From a virus: DNA of 64,000 nt. Location: IMG/VR virus record IMGVR_UViG_3300045988_052780; one strand, given 5' to 3'. The notes under the pieces were generated by a model. That model did no database searches and was not told the origin of the DNA. It saw only the letters and a list, made by a program, of their open reading frames with translations. Made by a program: the position numbers and the translations under genes. Shown piece by piece: positions 60,111-64,000 of the stretch; within the stretch, counting starts at the first letter, position 1; every line of letters begins with the position of its first letter.

Positions 60111-60168
60111 AAAAAAAATGGCCTATACAAGTAGAGTTTAACTCCACCTGCATAGGCCATTATTATTA
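60111..60168. terminator. Bidirectional rho-independent terminator at the strand-switch (convergence) point
   Basis: A perfect 10-bp stem pairs AATGGCCTAT (60117-26) with ATAGGCCATT (60152-61). It is flanked by A8 at 60111-18, which reads as U8 on the minus strand, and by TATTATT on the plus side. It lies between convergent genes ending at 60109 (+) and 60166 (-). Confidence 0.6.
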
Positions 60169-60792
60169 AATATAGTCACCAAGGCATGCTTTGACTTTAT
60201 CAATCAATGCATCGATGGTACCATTATTCTTTATTACATAACTAAAATGCTCGTAATCATCTAGAGCATGTTCAGAAATATGCTGGTCATCTAAACCAGT
60301 ATCTCTTTCTACTTTAATTACTATTCCTCCATGAGAGATTATAGCATCAGCTTCGTTAGGAAACCTTACGTCAGTAATAATCCACTTAGAATCAGGGTTA
60401 GACTCATAGATTTGCATTAGATGCAAAACCCATAAATCTGGATGAATGTTTCTACCAATTTCAGTTCCTAGCTTTTGTAAGAACTCTCTATTGGTCATTC
60501 CAAGGTTTAAGGTAGTAGGAGATTCCTTAAAGTCTTCAGTTTCAAAGCAACACATGTCAACACCTAATATAAGAGAACTACATGCTTTTAATGCATCGGC
60601 AAAGGCATGCTTCTCCCACTCAGAGAATTTAATTAGATCGTCTCCATAATCACTAAACATATTGTTAAAATGTGCAGCGGAGGGCTCTAAACCTTTAAAG
60701 ATCTGGTTATACTTTAAGTAATTTAAGTATCTAATAATATTACAAATGGTGTCTTTACCACATTGTTTACGTCCAGCTATTCCGATTATCAT
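60166..60792 (-). CDS. Deoxynucleoside monophosphate (dNMP) kinase
   Basis: The N-terminal P-loop is MIIGIAGRKQCGKDT. The segment WIITDVRFPNEADAI resembles the ITDVRF.NE signature of phage dNMP kinases. I place the start at the internal Met (60792), which forms an ATGA overlap with the upstream small ORF. The ORF-track start at 60813 is probably an over-extension. Confidence 0.6.
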   Translation of the reverse strand: MIIGIAGRKQCGKDTICNIIRYLNYLKYNQIFKGLEPSAAHFNNMFSDYGDDLIKFSEWEKHAFADALKACSSLILGVDMCCFETEDFKESPTTLNLGMTNREFLQKLGTEIGRNIHPDLWVLHLMQIYESNPDSKWIITDVRFPNEADAIISHGGIVIKVERDTGLDDQHISEHALDDYEHFSYVIKNNGTIDALIDKVKACLGDYI

Positions 60793-60971
60793 TCTTCGAA
60801 GAGGGTTATACAATCATCACTATATTCACAATCTCTTACGTCTAAATCTCCGTAATCTACTGTGTCCATAGCTTTCTCCCAAGCTTCGTCTTTGCTGTCA
60901 GCTTCTACTTCCATGTCAAAATATAAACGACATCTAAGCTCTCTATCAATACTTACGTTATACCTCGGCAT
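60789..60971 (-). CDS. Small hypothetical protein (60 aa)
   Basis: Acidic 60-aa ORF translationally coupled on both sides. No motif. Confidence 0.3.
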   Translation of the reverse strand: MPRYNVSIDRELRCRLYFDMEVEADSKDEAWEKAMDTVDYGDLDVRDCEYSDDCITLFEE

Positions 60972-61212
60972 CGCACATAGTAATAGTTACTAGCTCTCCA
61001 CTATCTATAGCTTTACGAATATATCTCATTAAAGTAATGGGTTTGGGATATTCTGCCACAAATGTAGCAGTCCCTACATCCTCTTTATCATTCATATCCA
61101 CCGGGAACATAATTCTCTGGTTCTCAGTTTCTATCTGATAATAAAGCACTCCAGCTATAGCATGTGTGAATCTGGCCGGATAAGGTAAAGTTACAATTTC
61201 TTTTAATGTCAT
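60958..61212 (-). CDS. Small hypothetical protein (84 aa)
   Basis: The ORF start overlaps the upstream stop by one base. No motif. Confidence 0.3.
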   Translation of the reverse strand: MTLKEIVTLPYPARFTHAIAGVLYYQIETENQRIMFPVDMNDKEDVGTATFVAEYPKPITLMRYIRKAIDSGELVTITMCDAEV

Positions 61213-62144
61213 TAATTACATAAATTAGCTTTAACTAAGTCTGCAATCTTCTTCCCATCAGCAGCTGGATATTTAGCTTTCAATTCTTTGACAGCTATCC
61301 CCATCTGATTCTTAGGGATTTGTACTGGATGAATATCATGTTCTTCATTATCGTCATACCATCCTTTATCTAATGCAAGTTTAAGTAATGCAGCATTCAA
61401 TTCTTCTTTAGTAGGTTCTTTAGGAAGCAACTCCTCTAGTATCTCAGCCTCATCAGCCTCAACTGCCGATAAGTCCATACGCCCTGCTGTTTGATAGGTT
61501 TCTGCATTAGCCCATCTTTCATCCCTCATCTTCTTAATAATAGAGATTTCCGCAGCTTCATCCAAAGGTTTAGCATTCTTAGCCGCTGCATAATTAGTAA
61601 ATGCAGTCTTAATAGCTCTATACACATTAGTACGTGTAGTGTCATGCTTCTTCATAGAATCAGCAATCATTACATTCAATTTATCATTCCACATATCATT
61701 CCTATTTAAAATATTAATTATATGTCTAACATCCTCATCAGTAATGCCTATAACTGTATTAGTTTTTATAAAGTACTTCCTCTGATGAGATAGCATATCT
61801 CTATCGTCGTCTACTATAGCGTAGACATAAGGTTCTGTTTGAGAATCAAGCCATTCCTGTATTTCACAACCTCTATGGCTTCCGAACGGAGTAATACTAT
61901 GTATTTTGAATTTTAAACCAGCTTTGTCGAAGATTGATTGTAAGTTGGATTCAGTTCTCCAGGAAGAACTTACAACTACCTTACAACCAGTCTCTTCAAC
62001 TATTCTGTTTACAAGTTCAACACATTTTGGATCAAAGTCTCCTTGAGGATATACATGGTTTTTATTCCATTCCTCCCGATACCATGAAACACTATTAAGT
62101 ACTCCATCTACGTCCAAGAATAAATATTTATTAATTCCTCTCAT
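61212..62144 (-). CDS. HAD-superfamily phosphatase, NT5C-like 5'(3')-deoxyribonucleotidase, with a long helical C-terminal extension
   Basis: Motif I is YLFLDVDGVLNS (DxDGV). Motif II is KVVVSSSWR. The late acidic motif is YAIVDDDRDM. This is the pattern of the NT5C-type deoxyribonucleotidase branch of HAD enzymes. The C-terminal ~150 aa are unrelated and helical. Confidence 0.55.
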   Translation of the reverse strand: MRGINKYLFLDVDGVLNSVSWYREEWNKNHVYPQGDFDPKCVELVNRIVEETGCKVVVSSSWRTESNLQSIFDKAGLKFKIHSITPFGSHRGCEIQEWLDSQTEPYVYAIVDDDRDMLSHQRKYFIKTNTVIGITDEDVRHIINILNRNDMWNDKLNVMIADSMKKHDTTRTNVYRAIKTAFTNYAAAKNAKPLDEAAEISIIKKMRDERWANAETYQTAGRMDLSAVEADEAEILEELLPKEPTKEELNAALLKLALDKGWYDDNEEHDIHPVQIPKNQMGIAVKELKAKYPAADGKKIADLVKANLCN

Positions 62145-62187
62145 AAAATGTTACTTCTCAATAAGTTCAACTTCTAGTTTATAAGTT

Positions 62188-62709
62188 CTAATTAGAACTC
62201 ATATTGTGTCTACGGAGAATGTTCTCAGCTGTACCAGATTTCCATTTAGACTTACCTCTTAAGAATGCTATATCCACATCAGAGAAGGTTGTCATTGCTG
62301 AGTCTCTATCAGTATCACATTCGTAGCCTCCGACATAATGTACTTGAGGACAATCCTCTAGTGTTACCAGATCGGATTCATCTTCTACACCTTCATTGAA
62401 GCGTTCTCTAACGTCTATATAATAGTTGCCATCGTCAGCCTTAGTTCCAACTCTAAATCTAGGCTCAGAGAACATGTGATGAATGGTAAGTGTACAAGGA
62501 ACACAGTCCCACTCATCCATATTCTCTTCAATATACTTTGCTATATATTCAGCTGCCATTTGATCGCAGCCCTTACAATCACCAACTATGAATTCACAAT
62601 CTTCCCAAGTGGTTTGTCCATTATCTATAGCATCTTCTATAGCTGGTGCATAGTTAGCATCAAACTCTTCTTGAGTTAAGTCTCGGTGTCCACTAATAAA
62701 GTATATCAT
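62188..62709 (-). CDS. Hypothetical protein, possibly a SLOG/YpsA-like nucleotide-binding fold
   Basis: An N-terminal MIYFISGHRD is followed by a Gly-rich FIVGDCKGCDQMAAEYI. This arrangement recalls YpsA/DprA/LOG-type Rossmannoid SLOG domains. The assignment is weak. Confidence 0.3.
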   Translation of the reverse strand: MIYFISGHRDLTQEEFDANYAPAIEDAIDNGQTTWEDCEFIVGDCKGCDQMAAEYIAKYIEENMDEWDCVPCTLTIHHMFSEPRFRVGTKADDGNYYIDVRERFNEGVEDESDLVTLEDCPQVHYVGGYECDTDRDSAMTTFSDVDIAFLRGKSKWKSGTAENILRRHNMSSN

Positions 62710-63263
62710 TCCGCAAATAAATTGTCTAAGTCTTCTATTTCTTCATAATCTACATAAGTATGAAAGATGCCTTCAATAAGATGTTTGTGATTAAATGCCC
62801 ACTGATAGTTGTCAAGGTCAGACATTTTAACCCACATGATAGCTTTTACTTCATTCTCCTCTCCACCTAGCTGTCCCTTAATAGCATTAGTAGAAATACC
62901 AATATGACTCTCGTCTACTACAGCCATGAATCTCATGGTAACATTCTGTCTATTGGAATCTTTCGGGTCATCATTAATACTACACATGTAAAGAGCACTA
63001 GGTTCAACCTTAGCTCCAGTTTCCTCATAAATTTCCCTAGAGCAGGCCTCTGCTAATGTTTCATCGAAGTCCAAATAACCACAAGGACAGTTCCAATATC
63101 CTTGAAAGTCTGGTGCTCCTTCACCTCTTTGATTAGCAAGAACACACCATTCATTGTTAATCTTGCAGAATACAAACCCTACAACAGCAATACTACGATG
63201 AACCCAAACTGTTTCTCCAGCATGTTCACCTGTTTCAATTTTAATTGGATAATTCTTCATCAA
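62706..63263 (-). CDS. NUDIX hydrolase
   Basis: The Nudix box is complete: GYLDFDETLAEACSREIYEETGAKV fits Gx5Ex7REUxEExGU. Confidence 0.8.
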   Translation of the reverse strand: MMKNYPIKIETGEHAGETVWVHRSIAVVGFVFCKINNEWCVLANQRGEGAPDFQGYWNCPCGYLDFDETLAEACSREIYEETGAKVEPSALYMCSINDDPKDSNRQNVTMRFMAVVDESHIGISTNAIKGQLGGEENEVKAIMWVKMSDLDNYQWAFNHKHLIEGIFHTYVDYEEIEDLDNLFAE

Positions 63264-63718
63264 TAAGTATCATTAAAATTAATAAATTCTTTATCTGTAA
63301 CACATTCTTCTGAGACATTAGAACTAATCAAATTGGACTTCATTAGTTTGAATATGCTATTTCTTGCGTTAGCTATGCCACCAACAGTTATAACCCCACT
63401 AGTTAAATTCAAAGATCCAGGATATATACACATATCACTACTGCCCTTTGGACCATAAGCTATAAAGTAGGGTTTATTGCTATTTATGACTTTAATTAAT
63501 TCGCTTAAGATTCCATTAGTAAGTCTATGCAAAGGAGTACTAAAACTTACATCTGGAAGTATAAATATCACAATATCAGATGTATCCAAATATTCTGGAT
63601 GATAATCATCATGAAATTTGTTATATTTAATGCTAACGTTATAGTCTTTAAATACATCTGTGACTTTACTAAGAACTGTAGGCATATTGTATGGATAAGA
63701 TATATAAATATTATACAT
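63260..63718 (-). CDS. Hypothetical protein, possibly a flavodoxin-like/TIR-like or nucleoside-deoxyribosyltransferase-like fold
   Basis: ATG ORF of 152 aa overlapping both neighbours. An N-terminal YNIYISYPYN resembles the DVFISY-type start of TIR/NDT-like folds. No convincing catalytic motif was seen. Confidence 0.3.
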   Translation of the reverse strand: MYNIYISYPYNMPTVLSKVTDVFKDYNVSIKYNKFHDDYHPEYLDTSDIVIFILPDVSFSTPLHRLTNGILSELIKVINSNKPYFIAYGPKGSSDMCIYPGSLNLTSGVITVGGIANARNSIFKLMKSNLISSNVSEECVTDKEFINFNDTY

Positions 63719-64000
63719 ATAGTTTATATTGCTTAATTATTTCATACACGTCGTCTCTAACAAAGGGTTTTATCCCAACCCCATCCTTAACTCTATTTCT
63801 AATGCAAGTAGAACACATTCTGATAGTTGGAACATATACTAGTGATACGTTATCTGGTAAGCCATACGGAGGTTCTTCTCCGTTAATTACCATAATAAAC
63901 TTGTAATCTTTAAGTATTGTAGATCCGTTATGCCAGTTTGGTATTTCTCTATAGGTTTCAGGAGTAGTAATTATTACCAATTCCTTGTCTGTTATTCTGG
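63711..64000 (-). CDS. Cytidylyl/adenylyltransferase-like nucleotidyltransferase, C-terminal part only; the N-terminus is beyond the window
   Basis: The frame stays open to the window edge. The ORF-track start at 63980 is an in-frame TTG, not a true start. The C-terminal segment VYVPTIRMCSTCIRNRVKDG matches the conserved ISSTxIR motif of the cytidylyltransferase-like (HIGH-motif) family, which includes NMNAT, PPAT and glycerol-3-phosphate cytidylyltransferase. Confidence 0.4.
   Translation of the reverse strand, partial: RITDKELVIITTPETYREIPNWHNGSTILKDYKFIMVINGEEPPYGLPDNVSLVYVPTIRMCSTCIRNRVKDGVGIKPFVRDDVYEIIKQYKLYV

Noticed and set aside
1-64000. Stop-codon reassignment (TAG or TGA recoding), reported in some crAss-like lineages
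   Set aside because: All large ORFs run uninterrupted to conventional stops, and in-frame TAG or TGA codons do not punctuate otherwise coherent genes. The single in-frame TGA at 49079 is explained by the intron.
1-64000. CRISPR arrays, IS elements, integrase/attachment sites, rRNA
   Set aside because: No spaced direct-repeat arrays and no transposase or integrase-like ORFs were seen. The only mobile element is the intron with its LAGLIDADG endonuclease. Nothing has rRNA-like composition.

Overview
The window is an AT-rich (~33-35% GC) segment of a tailed dsDNA phage genome. I believe it is a crAss-like (Crassvirales) phage of a Bacteroidales host; nothing in the sequence suggests bacterial chromosome. 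Three lines of evidence support that call. There is a BACON-repeat protein beside the tail-fibre genes. Gene starts almost universally lack Shine-Dalgarno sequences, and there are three Bacteroides-type -7 boxes (TAnnTTTG). The gene order is tail fibres, then capsid module, then a run of giant (0.8-3.2 kaa) virion 'cargo'/RNAP-like genes.

Positions 1-60109 form one co-oriented plus-strand virion block. It contains a tail fibre with an S74 intramolecular-chaperone C-terminus, a 4-repeat BACON protein, and a tail fibre with a tail-collar C-terminus. An acidic scaffold-like protein precedes a 473-aa putative major capsid protein that is followed by a terminator. Downstream are several large structural proteins of 1173, 1593, 1596, 606, 2927, ~3240 (split), 809 and 1526 aa.

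The giant gene at 42308-53104 is interrupted by a group I intron (49079-50152) carrying a LAGLIDADG homing endonuclease. The P1/P10 internal guide sequence is clear, and the P/Q/R/S core elements are readable. Splicing would fuse the 2257-aa and 976-aa ORFs in frame and place the junction inside a D-Y-D-I-D motif.

Other notable items are these:
- an SF1B (RecD/Pif1-like) helicase core buried in the 2927-aa virion protein;
- a translationally coupled lipoprotein retropepsin-like protease plus DUF192 pair;
- two GC-rich moron-like single-gene units, each with its own Bacteroides-type promoter and terminator.

At 60111-60168 a bidirectional terminator marks the strand switch. The minus-strand block (60166-64000) encodes nucleotide-metabolism functions: dNMP kinase, an NT5C-like HAD phosphatase, a SLOG-like protein, a NUDIX hydrolase, and a partial cytidylyl/adenylyltransferase-like gene.

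I saw no rRNA or tRNA genes, CRISPR arrays, IS elements, or signs of stop-codon reassignment. Portal and terminase genes presumably lie outside the window. All functional calls rest on motif-level reading without database searches.
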